The notes: generated from the sequence alone by a model not told the origin. A stretch of DNA of 64,000 nucleotides from Escherichia coli (GCF_051903065.1 NZ_CP178438.1); one strand, 5' to 3'. Counted from the stretch's first letter, positions 31,141-40,922 are shown. A program made the numbers and translations.

Positions 31141-32051
31141 ATCAAACTGTCGCGGTGACGGGCGCTACCGGTTTTATCGGTAAATATATTATCGATAACC
31201 TGCTCGCCCGCGGCTTTCACGTTCGCGCATTGACGCGTACTGCCCGCGCTCACGTCAATGATAATCTCACCTGGGTGCGCGGTTCGCTGGAAGATACTCA
31301 TTCACTTAGCGAACTGGTTGCCGGAGCCAGTGCGGTGGTCCATTGCGCCGGGCAAGTGCGCGGACACAAAGAGGATGTCTTTACTCGCTGTAACGTTGAC
31401 GGTAGCCTGCGCTTGATGCAGGCGGCAAAAGAGAGCGGCTTTTGCCAACGTTTTCTATTTATCTCTTCGCTGGCGGCGCGCCATCCCGAGCTCTCCTGGT
31501 ATGCAAAATCCAAACATGTCGCCGAACAACGACTGGCAGCAATGGCGGACGCAATTACGCTGGGCGTTTTTCGCCCAACGGCAGTCTATGGCCCCGGCGA
31601 TAAAGAGTTAAAACCACTGTTTGACTGGATGCTGCGCGGCCTGCTGCCACGGCTGGGCGCACCAGATACACAGCTCTCTTTCCTGCACGTCACCGATTTC
31701 GCACAAGCCGTGGGTCAGTGGTTAAGCGCCGACTCCGTACAGACGCAAACGTATGAATTATGTGATGGTGTCGTCGGTGGCTATGACTGGCAGCGCATAC
31801 AACAACTGGCCGCCGCCGCCCGCCAGGGAGCTGTACGGATGGTCGGCGTTCCTCTGCCGTTGCTCACCTGCCTTGCGGATATCAGTACCGCGTTGAGTCG
31901 CCTGGCAGGTAAAGAACCTATGCTGACCCGCTCGAAAATTCGTGAATTAACCCACGCCGACTGGTCGGCAAGTAATAACCGTATTTCTGAAGATATTAAT
32001 TGGTTTCCCGGGATTAGCCTGGAACACGCATTACGCAACGGGCTATTTTGA
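31137..32051 (+). CDS. Extended SDR (NAD-dependent epimerase/dehydratase family) reductase
   Basis: Rossmann GATGFIG at N-terminus and YAKSK (YxxxK) motif; start overlaps the upstream stop (ATGA). Confidence 0.85.
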   Translation: MNQTVAVTGATGFIGKYIIDNLLARGFHVRALTRTARAHVNDNLTWVRGSLEDTHSLSELVAGASAVVHCAGQVRGHKEDVFTRCNVDGSLRLMQAAKESGFCQRFLFISSLAARHPELSWYAKSKHVAEQRLAAMADAITLGVFRPTAVYGPGDKELKPLFDWMLRGLLPRLGAPDTQLSFLHVTDFAQAVGQWLSADSVQTQTYELCDGVVGGYDWQRIQQLAAAARQGAVRMVGVPLPLLTCLADISTALSRLAGKEPMLTRSKIRELTHADWSASNNRISEDINWFPGISLEHALRNGLF

Positions 32052-32082
32052 TTGTCTTGTTTAAAGGTGTGTTAACGTTTCT

Positions 32083-32331
32083 ATGGTAAATCGTGAAATA
32101 GTAATGGATTACATCCTTTCCTGTTTACAGGATTTGGTCGAAAACGGTGTGGAAATTAAGCCCGACAGCGATCTCGTCAACGATCTTGGCCTGGAGTCGA
32201 TCAAAGTGATGGATCTCTTAATGATGCTGGAAGACAGATTCGATATTTCCATTCCTATTAATATTCTGCTGGATGTCAAAACCCCTGCGCAATTAATGGA
32301 AACTCTACTTCCATGGCTGGAGAATAAATAA
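32083..32331 (+). CDS. Acyl carrier protein
   Basis: 82 aa; DLGLESIKVMDLLMMLED resembles the phosphopantetheine attachment region; AAGGTG upstream of ATG 32083. Confidence 0.7.
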   Translation: MVNREIVMDYILSCLQDLVENGVEIKPDSDLVNDLGLESIKVMDLLMMLEDRFDISIPINILLDVKTPAQLMETLLPWLENK

Positions 32332-33503
32332 TGGGGCTATACGATAAATATGCGCGCCTTGCTGGCGAGCGACTGCAATTTAGTGACAACGGGTTAACAC
32401 CGTTTGGCACCTGTATTGATGAAGTGTATTCCGCCACCGAAGGCCGGATCGGCAATAAAAAAGTGATTCTGGCCGGGACCAATAATTACCTCGGTTTAAC
32501 CTTTAATCATGATGCCATCGCCGAAGGTCAGGCAGCGTTAGCGACCCAAGGCACCGGCACCACCGGTTCTCGTATGGCAAACGGCAGTTATGCGCCGCAC
32601 CTGGCGTTAGAGAAAGAGATTGCCGAGTTTTTCAATCGCCCTACCGCTATCGTTTTTTCAACCGGTTATACCGCTAATTTAGGCGTCATCAGCGCACTTG
32701 CCGACCATAACGCCGTGGTGTTACTGGATGCCGACAGCCACGCCAGTATTTATGACGCCTGTTCTCTCGGTGGCGCGGAAATTATTCGTTTCCGCCATAA
32801 CGATGCTAAAGATCTGGAACGGCGCATGGTTCGCCTCGGTGAACGGGCGAAAGAGGCGATTATCATCGTTGAGGGCATCTACAGTATGCTCGGTGACGTT
32901 GCGCCACTGGCGGAAATTGTTGATATCAAACGTCGTCTCGGTGGTTATTTGATTGTCGATGAAGCGCATTCGTTTGGCGTGTTAGGCGCAACGGGGCGCG
33001 GACTGGCTGAAGCTGTAGGCGTTGAAGATGATGTGGATATTATCGTTGGCACCTTCAGTAAAAGTCTGGCCTCGATTGGCGGTTTTGCTGTCGGTTCGGA
33101 AGCGATGGAAGTGCTGCGCTACGGCAGCCGCCCGTATATTTTTACCGCCTCTCCTTCTCCGTCCTGCATTGCGACCGTGCGCTCGTCGTTAAGAACTATT
33201 GCCACACAACCAGAGCTGCGGCAAAAGCTGATGGATAATGCCAACCATCTGTATGACGGTCTGCAAAAACTGGGTTATGAGTTAAGTTCACATATTAGCC
33301 CGGTAGTGCCGGTAATAATCGGTTCGAAAGAGGACGGTTTACGCATCTGGCGCGAGCTTATTTCGCTGGGCGTTTATGTGAATCTTATCCTGCCACCTGC
33401 CGCGCCTGCAGGCATCACGCTGCTGCGCTGTAGCGTAAACGCTGCCCACAGTCGTGAGCAAATCGATGCCATCATTCAAGCGTTCGCTACTCTGAAGCAG
33501 TAA
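32331..33503 (+). CDS. PLP-dependent alpha-oxoamine synthase (serine palmitoyltransferase/BioF/Kbl family)
   Basis: 390 aa; PLP-lysine motif GTFSKSLASIGGF; start overlaps the ACP stop. Confidence 0.85.
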   Translation: MGLYDKYARLAGERLQFSDNGLTPFGTCIDEVYSATEGRIGNKKVILAGTNNYLGLTFNHDAIAEGQAALATQGTGTTGSRMANGSYAPHLALEKEIAEFFNRPTAIVFSTGYTANLGVISALADHNAVVLLDADSHASIYDACSLGGAEIIRFRHNDAKDLERRMVRLGERAKEAIIIVEGIYSMLGDVAPLAEIVDIKRRLGGYLIVDEAHSFGVLGATGRGLAEAVGVEDDVDIIVGTFSKSLASIGGFAVGSEAMEVLRYGSRPYIFTASPSPSCIATVRSSLRTIATQPELRQKLMDNANHLYDGLQKLGYELSSHISPVVPVIIGSKEDGLRIWRELISLGVYVNLILPPAAPAGITLLRCSVNAAHSREQIDAIIQAFATLKQ

Positions 33504-33537
33504 TGTGAGCCCGCTGTGGTGTTGCGCCACGGCGGGT

Positions 33538-34617
33538 TTAATGTTGTCTGTCATACCAATACACCAGGCTCAACGCCATCAACACAAACGCTACCGGTAA
33601 ACCGAGCGCGATAACAGGTGCGCTCAACGCAAATAGCAAACCCAGATTGACCATGATTTGATAGCTGATCCAGGTGAGTAAGCCAACGATGACGCCTACA
33701 GCGAGACGGCTACCCATCCCTGGCGAGCGCGGGGCGCTAAAGGTAAACGGCACAGCCAGCAAAATCATCGCCAGGGTCAGGATCGGTTGCCCCAGTTTTT
33801 CCCACAGTGCAAGGCGGTATTCGCTGCTGGGTTGCCCGGTTTCCTGCAAATAATGGATGTAATGATTAAGCTGACGGACAGAAAAAGTATTCCCCGGCAT
33901 CGATAGCTCTTCAAGATCCATACTGGTGAAGGCCGATTGCCAGGCAAGATTATCTGATGTTTCCAGCGTTTCTTTACCGTTAAGCCATTTTTTATGATTC
34001 ACACCATGCAGGATCCACATTTTGTCGTCTTTAATGGTGGCACTGCGTGCATAAATGTAGGATTCGAGCGAGAGATCGTCGCGATAATGAAATATCTCCA
34101 CGCCCACCGGCTGGCCCTGCTCGTTCAGCGATTTCACCGTTACAAATTCATTACCGCGCCTGGCCCAAAGCATATTGCCGGTAATATCATCGTCCTCCCC
34201 CAACGCAGTGGCGGTCGATTTGATTTGCAGCGCCTGTTGCTGCAATGGCGACGCTACCCACTCATCTATCGCGCCTAACGAAACAGTCCACAATATCCCG
34301 GCAACCAGCGCCACCAGTGCAATACGGAAGATAGAAAACCCCGTGCTGCGAATGGCGGTAAGCTCACTGTTTTTCGATAACTGCCCCAGGCCAACAATCC
34401 CTCCCAATAAGGCGATAAACGGCGAAAGTTCGACCAGTGTGCGCGGTAAGGTCATTAGCACCACCAGCACCGCCTGAGTCCAGCGATAACCGCCCGGGCT
34501 GACATCATCCAGTTCGTTAATCAGGTTGAAGGTGGTAAAAAGCGGCAGCAATAGCCCTGCGGCGGCGGCAAAACCGAGAAAGAGATGACGGATTAAATAG
34601 CGACTGAAAACATTCAT
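33538..34617 (-). CDS. LptG-like permease (YjgP/YjgQ family)
   Basis: Start MNVFSRYLIRHLFLGF; six-helix permease pattern; 4-bp overlap with the upstream LptF-like gene. Confidence 0.75.
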   Translation of the reverse strand: MNVFSRYLIRHLFLGFAAAAGLLLPLFTTFNLINELDDVSPGGYRWTQAVLVVLMTLPRTLVELSPFIALLGGIVGLGQLSKNSELTAIRSTGFSIFRIALVALVAGILWTVSLGAIDEWVASPLQQQALQIKSTATALGEDDDITGNMLWARRGNEFVTVKSLNEQGQPVGVEIFHYRDDLSLESYIYARSATIKDDKMWILHGVNHKKWLNGKETLETSDNLAWQSAFTSMDLEELSMPGNTFSVRQLNHYIHYLQETGQPSSEYRLALWEKLGQPILTLAMILLAVPFTFSAPRSPGMGSRLAVGVIVGLLTWISYQIMVNLGLLFALSAPVIALGLPVAFVLMALSLVYWYDRQH

Positions 34618-35684
34618 CGGGAAAATTTCTGCAGCAAAGAGAAGTCGCGTGCGACCAGCATCAGCAGGCCCATTAGCATGAGTCCGGGCACTAACCACAA
34701 ACCAGGAATGAGAGGAATCGCGCCGTTAGCCACCAGCGTACGGCAGACGTCGCCGCCATAAAAAATGACAACAAACAGCAACGTCAGTGGCAATAACGTT
34801 GAAAATCGCCCTTGCCGCGGTTTTACCCGACTTAATGAAATGGCCAGCAGCGCCATCAACAATGCGGTCAGGCCACGGCTTTGTCGCCATTGCAGTTCGG
34901 CATGATCGGCCGGAAAGACGGAGCGCGCCAGCTCCGTGACCGATTTTGCTTTGCGTTTGACGTTAGGGCTTTGATCCAGCGGATTCAGATGTAATTGCAG
35001 ATTACGGTAGATCTGTTCGTTGTCGTCACGCCCCTGATGATCGAGAAGATAGGCGGTGCCGTTGTGCAACATAACGGTCGGTTTCTCGGGAGATGGGTCA
35101 ACCACATCAACCGAACGGGCGCGGAAAATGCGGGTTCGATTGGCAGTAGAAGTATAAATCAGCGCGTCAGTCAGGCGATTATTATCCTGATCAACCGTCT
35201 GCGAAAGGATCATTCGTCCGTTATCGTTAGTGTTAAATTTCTTTGCCCGCAACTGGCGAACATCCAGCTCCGACTGCGACTGCTGCTCCAGTTGATAAAT
35301 CTGCGCATAAGCCCACGGACGACCATACATCGACAGAAGGGTGACAAAAATACTTAGCGGTATCGCCAGATAAAGAACGGCTTTGTACAAGCGTCCCGGA
35401 CTGCCCCCTGCCGCAGAGATAGCAGTAATTTCCGAGTCGGTATACATCTGCCCTAGCGTCACGCCAACTGACACATACAGTCCAACAGGTAACAACATCT
35501 CCAGTGCAATCAGCACCTTGTAGAAAACGATATCCAGCACAACATCAAGTGCTAATGTCCCATTTGCCGCTTCGGTCAGATAACGCTGTGCGGAGTAGCT
35601 GGCGAAAATAAAGATCAGAAAACCGACGATAATCAGCACCAGACGGCGCGTACCACGCATGATGTAGTGTTCAACCAGCTTCAT
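34614..35684 (-). CDS. LptF-like permease (YjgP/YjgQ family)
   Basis: 356 aa; MKLVEHYIMRGTRRLVLII; paired with the LptG-like gene. Confidence 0.75.
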   Translation of the reverse strand: MKLVEHYIMRGTRRLVLIIVGFLIFIFASYSAQRYLTEAANGTLALDVVLDIVFYKVLIALEMLLPVGLYVSVGVTLGQMYTDSEITAISAAGGSPGRLYKAVLYLAIPLSIFVTLLSMYGRPWAYAQIYQLEQQSQSELDVRQLRAKKFNTNDNGRMILSQTVDQDNNRLTDALIYTSTANRTRIFRARSVDVVDPSPEKPTVMLHNGTAYLLDHQGRDDNEQIYRNLQLHLNPLDQSPNVKRKAKSVTELARSVFPADHAELQWRQSRGLTALLMALLAISLSRVKPRQGRFSTLLPLTLLFVVIFYGGDVCRTLVANGAIPLIPGLWLVPGLMLMGLLMLVARDFSLLQKFSR

Positions 35685-35714
35685 CTCACTAACGCCCTCA
35701 ATCCTTTGAATTTT

Positions 35715-36278
35715 TTATTCATTGATCAGTTTCTGCGCCAGCGCAATGACATGATCTACCTCTTCCGGCGTCAGGCTGCCGTCCTTTGCCCACTGAATTT
35801 GCCCGGTTTTATTCAGCACCAGAATGGTTGAACTCTGCTCCGGCAAGCGCCAGGCAACGCGTCCCTGTCCATTGCCGTCAATAACGAATTGCGCCCACGG
35901 ATAGCGGCGTTTATTTTTTTCGATTTTGCCAACGACAAAATAGCCAGTACCAAAGATGGCATCATCAGTGTTCACAATGGTGGTGGGCTGAAAACGATCC
36001 TGTGGAAAGTTTGCCGCTTCAACCGCTTTAATTAACAGTGAGTTCTTTTTCTTCGCCGACTTACGCCCGGCGATATACTGGATAATGCGGACTTTTCCCG
36101 CCAATTGTGTGCTGTTCCACTTTTGGTAGTGAATTTCGTCGTCGCTATTCAGAAGCAGCTCGCCGCCTTCCTGAATATAAACAGGGGTAACCGTTTTGCC
36201 AGTGACGAAATTGTGTGCCTGCACACCCGGGGCTAAGAGCATGATAATCAGCGCAATAATCAAACGAGATGACATCAT
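35715..36278 (-). CDS. YtfJ-family periplasmic protein (paralog)
   Basis: 187 aa with signal peptide; clear similarity to recalled YtfJ (TTIVNTDDAI...YPW.QF..D.NG...WQL...VLDK.G..QWAKDG.LTPEEV). Confidence 0.75.
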   Translation of the reverse strand: MMSSRLIIALIIMLLAPGVQAHNFVTGKTVTPVYIQEGGELLLNSDDEIHYQKWNSTQLAGKVRIIQYIAGRKSAKKKNSLLIKAVEAANFPQDRFQPTTIVNTDDAIFGTGYFVVGKIEKNKRRYPWAQFVIDGNGQGRVAWRLPEQSSTILVLNKTGQIQWAKDGSLTPEEVDHVIALAQKLINE

Positions 36279-36286
36279 TGCTCCGG

Positions 36287-37111
36287 TTATAGCGGAAAAC
36301 GCGAAATCAGCAGCTCTAAGCGCTGGCGAATATCGCTATCCAGCGCCACCGGTGCATCATACGACTGGCGGTTTTCCATATCATCCGCCACCATGTCGTC
36401 GTGTTTATCCCCCATCAGGCCATTAATGGCGGCGAGGAAACGGGAAATCTGTAACGCCTCTTTATTTTCAGGATCAAGCGATCTTAAGGTGTCGTAATAA
36501 GAAACCTGCTGGCTGATGATTTTTCGCACATCATGAAATTCCCTGCCGGTTAGTCGCGGTTTGGCAATTATCTCTTTCAGGGCATGCATTTGCTTTTGCC
36601 GATAGGCAATAAAACCGCTTACGCTTTCTAACTGGCTATGGCGTAATGAATAGTTCACCAACGACCAGACCGGAGAGCTTAAATAAATCCGTAACAGGTT
36701 GCCGTAATACGACACAATATTTTTCTTACCGTTACGAAACCCGTCCTGAAAACGTCCCAGAAAAACGGTCGTTTTGCCGAATAAAAATCCGGCCTGATGC
36801 TTCTTTAAATACAGCCGTTGCGCAAAACGCAGGTGCTTGTAGCGCGCTCGCATGTATTTAAATTGTTTGCGCTCATCAGCAGTCAGCTCATCGCCTTTGG
36901 CTTGTTTGCGAACTAAACGCAGTAATTCCTGACGATTAACGCCATTGAGCCAGAATTGCAGGCATAACGCGTAATTATCATGAATGATTTCGGTGGTACA
37001 ACTTAGTGCAATAGTCGGCGGCAAACTAACCTGTGCATCAACGACATCATCTTCTTCAATCGCAACAAATAGACGCTCGCTCGCCTCAAGCGGGAAATAT
37101 TTTCTCATCAT
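36287..37111 (-). CDS. Hypothetical protein
   Basis: 274 aa ORF between the YtfJ-like gene and yghQ; no motif recognised. Confidence 0.55.
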   Translation of the reverse strand: MMRKYFPLEASERLFVAIEEDDVVDAQVSLPPTIALSCTTEIIHDNYALCLQFWLNGVNRQELLRLVRKQAKGDELTADERKQFKYMRARYKHLRFAQRLYLKKHQAGFLFGKTTVFLGRFQDGFRNGKKNIVSYYGNLLRIYLSSPVWSLVNYSLRHSQLESVSGFIAYRQKQMHALKEIIAKPRLTGREFHDVRKIISQQVSYYDTLRSLDPENKEALQISRFLAAINGLMGDKHDDMVADDMENRQSYDAPVALDSDIRQRLELLISRFPL

Positions 37112-38460
37112 CAGGATTTCTCTCCGGCTGCGTTATAAAGCAAGGAATGGCGCTGAAAAAATGCCTTTAAGGTTGGAATTAACGAGAGCGCCACGTCCAG
37201 ACATTGCCCACCGAAGTAAGCAAACGCTGCTCCCAGCACGCCAAACAGATGACAGAACATGAACAGCAATACGATGTAGCCGATTGAGGCGATGGTTTGC
37301 GCCACGAGAAAAGCGCGCTGTTTTCCCGCCATCAATAGCAATGACTCCTGAGGGAAGCCCAGCATCGAGATCACAATTGCGCCCAGCATCACCTGAATCA
37401 GGTCATACGCTTCGAGATACTTAACGCCAAACACCAGCGAAATGAGCGGCTTGCCGACGATCAACACCGCGAGCGCCACCAGAATACCGATTCCGCCCGC
37501 CAGTAAACCGGACTTCACGCCTAACAACCACGGTCTGGTGGTGCGCGGATCTAAACGCATCACCTCTGGGTAAAAACTTTTACCCAGTAAACCCGCTGGC
37601 GTTCCGGCGGCGTCGAAGAATGTCATGGCGATTTTAAATAACCCGGCGGCAGCGGGTCCTAACACGATCCCCACCAACACTGTGCTGCACGAGTTACGTG
37701 CCGACCAGATGGAGTGGGCAATGTTGGTCGACCAGACAAAACTCCACGCGCCTTTAATGTGTCGGGCAGACTCAAACAGATTCAATTTGAAGGCGTTATG
37801 GATATTTCTGCGGCGTAATTCGCGCGCGGCAAACCACCAGTACATGGTGCCGCCAACCAGATTCGACACGTACCAGGCAATAACAAAACCCGCAAAACCA
37901 AAGTCAAAATACCAGGCTACGACGCTCCCCGCTGCGCGCAGAAAAGGTTTCGTCGCCTGCTGTACAGCAATCAAATCAAAGCGATCTACCGCACGCAGAA
38001 TGCCGGTCGGCGTGGAGGAAGCCATTGAAGGAATGAGCGTGCAATACAGCGCCGCCAGCCAAAAGCTTTGGTCATCCAGACCTAATGAATGGGAAAGGAA
38101 TGGCAGTAAGGCAATGCCGCCGACAATCGCCACCGCGCCGCTGACGATATCCAGCGAGAAGGAAAATGAGACGACATTGCGAAATTGCTGCGGATTATTG
38201 TTGGTTAATGCTGGTGTTCCGTACTGAACCACCAGCTGCCATGTCTGAAACTTAATAAAATCGCTGATCGACTTGGCGTACGATTGCACAATCACCAGTA
38301 CGCCAAACATGGCGGGCGTCATCCCTTTACCGGCACACGAGAGCGCCAACAGCCCCAGCAAAGCGCTCACGACATTACTGGAGCCTAACCAGGCGCTATT
38401 GCGAATAATGGTGCGAAACGCGCCATCTGCAAACCAATGTTTGATGTTAAAACCCGCCAA
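37111..38460 (-). CDS. yghQ: YghQ, MOP/Wzx-like polysaccharide/lipid flippase family membrane protein
   Basis: 449 aa polytopic membrane protein; synteny with yghRST. Confidence 0.75.
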   Translation of the reverse strand: MAGFNIKHWFADGAFRTIIRNSAWLGSSNVVSALLGLLALSCAGKGMTPAMFGVLVIVQSYAKSISDFIKFQTWQLVVQYGTPALTNNNPQQFRNVVSFSFSLDIVSGAVAIVGGIALLPFLSHSLGLDDQSFWLAALYCTLIPSMASSTPTGILRAVDRFDLIAVQQATKPFLRAAGSVVAWYFDFGFAGFVIAWYVSNLVGGTMYWWFAARELRRRNIHNAFKLNLFESARHIKGAWSFVWSTNIAHSIWSARNSCSTVLVGIVLGPAAAGLFKIAMTFFDAAGTPAGLLGKSFYPEVMRLDPRTTRPWLLGVKSGLLAGGIGILVALAVLIVGKPLISLVFGVKYLEAYDLIQVMLGAIVISMLGFPQESLLLMAGKQRAFLVAQTIASIGYIVLLFMFCHLFGVLGAAFAYFGGQCLDVALSLIPTLKAFFQRHSLLYNAAGEKS

Positions 38461-38505
38461 TTCAGCCTGACCTTATCGTTGATAGTAAAAAGTATCCCGC
38501 CAGCC

Positions 38506-39264
38506 TTAAGTTAAACTTCGGCGGTCAGAAACGATGGCAACCAGAGAAACCGCCTTCTGTGCCTGTTCCAGCACTTCGCTGTAGGGCGCTCTGGAATCAA
38601 TCTCAAGAATTTTTGTGCCGTTATAGCCAATCGTCGACATAACACCGATTTTGTCCTGCAGCTCGGCATAGTCATGGTCAGGCTTGCGGGAGATGGCAGT
38701 CTCAATATCAATGCCCAGGCGAATAATTAATTCCGGGCGATATTGCGCCATTTGTTGGTATAAACGCCGTTCGCGCTGCGCCAGAAACATGCTTATTTTC
38801 CCGGTCGCACGTTCGACGCCAATCCCCGGTCCATCATAATAAAAGCCCGAAATTTCAGCCTGCGGGAAGCGATCGCTGACCACCAGAACGCCACTTTGCG
38901 CCAGTCGCTGAACCTTGCGTAGATTCGCCATTCTTCGCAGCGAGAAGCAGTACATAATCACCGCCGCCCATAGCGCCGGAGATTTGGTTTTCATGCTTTG
39001 GGTTTTCGAGGATTTGGCCGCCAGTCGCCGTTCCAGCCAGACGCCAACCAACGGCAATCGTTTGATTTTGTCGCCGTCTTCGCCCGAGAGCAGCCCCAAA
39101 TAGCGGCGCTCGGTTTGCCAGTGTTGTTGCAGCGATTTCACCAGGTCGGTGGTCAGCGTGGATTTACCGGTGCCATCACACCCGACCACCGCAATCAGCC
39201 CCGGAATGTAGTTGGGCTGCGGTGCGGTTGTACTATTAACAGTTTGTGTTTGTAGTGCATCCAT
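38506..39264 (-). CDS. yghR: YghR, P-loop ATP-binding protein
   Basis: Walker A GCDGTGKST; matches recalled YghR (MDALQTQTVNSTTAPQPNYIPGLIAVVGCDGTGKSTL). Confidence 0.85.
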   Translation of the reverse strand: MDALQTQTVNSTTAPQPNYIPGLIAVVGCDGTGKSTLTTDLVKSLQQHWQTERRYLGLLSGEDGDKIKRLPLVGVWLERRLAAKSSKTQSMKTKSPALWAAVIMYCFSLRRMANLRKVQRLAQSGVLVVSDRFPQAEISGFYYDGPGIGVERATGKISMFLAQRERRLYQQMAQYRPELIIRLGIDIETAISRKPDHDYAELQDKIGVMSTIGYNGTKILEIDSRAPYSEVLEQAQKAVSLVAIVSDRRSLT

Positions 39265-39295
39265 TCGTTAAATCATCCCCTATCCATTTTGGTGA

Positions 39296-40009
39296 TCAGG
39301 AAAGCGCGGCGTGAATTGCGCGTAGTGACGCTTGCATAATTTCATCGGCTGGTTGCCGACCATCCAGTTCAAGGATCTTTGCGCCATTGAATGTCAGTTG
39401 CGGCGTAACGGCGATTTTTTCCTGTAACGCTGCCAGTTGGTGGTCAGGTTTACGCGCAAACGCGGTTTGTTCATCAATGCCAAGACGAATCAACAATACG
39501 GGTAAATAAGACGCCATCCATTGGTACAGCTTCAACTCGCGCTGCCTTAACATTTTTATCCAACCGTTACCGCCCGTGGTTTTTGCCAATTGCGGGCCAT
39601 CAAAGCGAAAACCCGGCACTTCAACCTGCGGGTAGCGGTCGGTGATGAGCAGATGGCCTTGCTGGCTTCTACACAACATTTTGCGAAACTTGTACGCCCG
39701 CCAGCAGGAAAGCAGATAGATAACCAGCGCAGTAATATTGCCAGGCGGTGTTGAGGGCTTTTCGTGCACATGTGCCGCTTTACTTCGCAGATAACGCCCA
39801 AAAGGTGCGCCAATAACAGGGAGCTGTGAAATCCATTCGCCAATTCGCCCGGACGATTGCCCGAGATAAATGCGTTCTGTTGGCATTCTTGCTGCCAGTT
39901 CATTTACCAGGCTTGCCGTGAGGGTCGATTTACCTGAACCATCACATCCTACAATGGCAATAACACGCACTGGCGTGGAATTAATTATTGACATATTACG
40001 TTGATTCAC
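39296..40009 (-). CDS. yghS: YghS, P-loop ATP-binding protein (YghR paralog)
   Basis: Walker A GCDGSGKST; 237 aa. Confidence 0.85.
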   Translation of the reverse strand: MNQRNMSIINSTPVRVIAIVGCDGSGKSTLTASLVNELAARMPTERIYLGQSSGRIGEWISQLPVIGAPFGRYLRSKAAHVHEKPSTPPGNITALVIYLLSCWRAYKFRKMLCRSQQGHLLITDRYPQVEVPGFRFDGPQLAKTTGGNGWIKMLRQRELKLYQWMASYLPVLLIRLGIDEQTAFARKPDHQLAALQEKIAVTPQLTFNGAKILELDGRQPADEIMQASLRAIHAALS

Positions 40010-40182
40010 GAAAAACCCGGCAGTAAATAATGTATTGAATATTACGTGGTCCGTGCTCAGAATATCCGTTCAACCTTATTGTGACAATGGTTAATTGTGA
40101 CATTGACCTGAATTACGCTTTCATAAAAACATATTAACCAAATAAATATTTTGGATGGATATTTAAATTAAAGGATATATTC

Positions 40183-40875
40183 ATGCAGTCAATAACACCT
40201 CCATTAATTGCCGTTATTGGTAGCGATGGTTCAGGCAAGTCAACGGTGTGTGAACATCTCATTACCGTTGTCGAAAAATATGGTGCTGCCGAAAGAGTTC
40301 ATTTAGGAAAACAAGCCGGAAATGTCGGTCGTGCAGTGACAAAATTACCGTTGATGGGAAAATCCTTACATAAAACAATTGAACGAAATCAGGTGAAAAC
40401 AGCAAAAAAATTGCCAGGACCAGTTCCGGCGCTGGTAATTACAGCGTTTGTCGCCCGTCGCTTACTGCGCTTTCGTCATATGCTTGCCTGTCGTCGTCGC
40501 GGGTTAATTGTTCTAACCGACCGTTATCCTCAGGACCAAATTCCTGGCGCTTACGATGGTACGGTGTTCCCACCTAACGTTGAAGGTGGTCGTTTTGTCT
40601 CATGGCTGGCAAGCCAGGAACGTAAAGCGTTTCACTGGATGGCGAGCCATAAGCCTGATCTGGTCATCAAACTCAATGTCGATCTAGACGTGGCCTGCGC
40701 GCGTAAGCCTGACCACAAAAGGGAGTCGCTGGCAAGAAAGATAGCCATAACGCCACAGTTAACCTTTGGTGGTGCACAACTGGTTGATATCGACGCCAAT
40801 CAGCCACTGGAACAGGTGTTAGTTGATGCAGAAAAAGCGATTACGGATTTTATGACCGCGCGTGGTTATCACTAG
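40183..40875 (+). CDS. yghT: YghT, P-loop ATP-binding protein (YghR/S paralog)
   Basis: Walker [10 protein letters not shown]; 230 aa. Confidence 0.85.
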   Translation: MQSITPPLIAVIGSDGSGKSTVCEHLITVVEKYGAAERVHLGKQAGNVGRAVTKLPLMGKSLHKTIERNQVKTAKKLPGPVPALVITAFVARRLLRFRHMLACRRRGLIVLTDRYPQDQIPGAYDGTVFPPNVEGGRFVSWLASQERKAFHWMASHKPDLVIKLNVDLDVACARKPDHKRESLARKIAITPQLTFGGAQLVDIDANQPLEQVLVDAEKAITDFMTARGYH

Positions 40876-40922
40876 CCAAAAATGGAAATGCCCGATCGCC
40901 AGGACCGGGCATTTCAGGAAGG

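Noticed and set aside
37625-38227. 200-aa ORF on the plus strand
   Set aside because: Antisense within yghQ.
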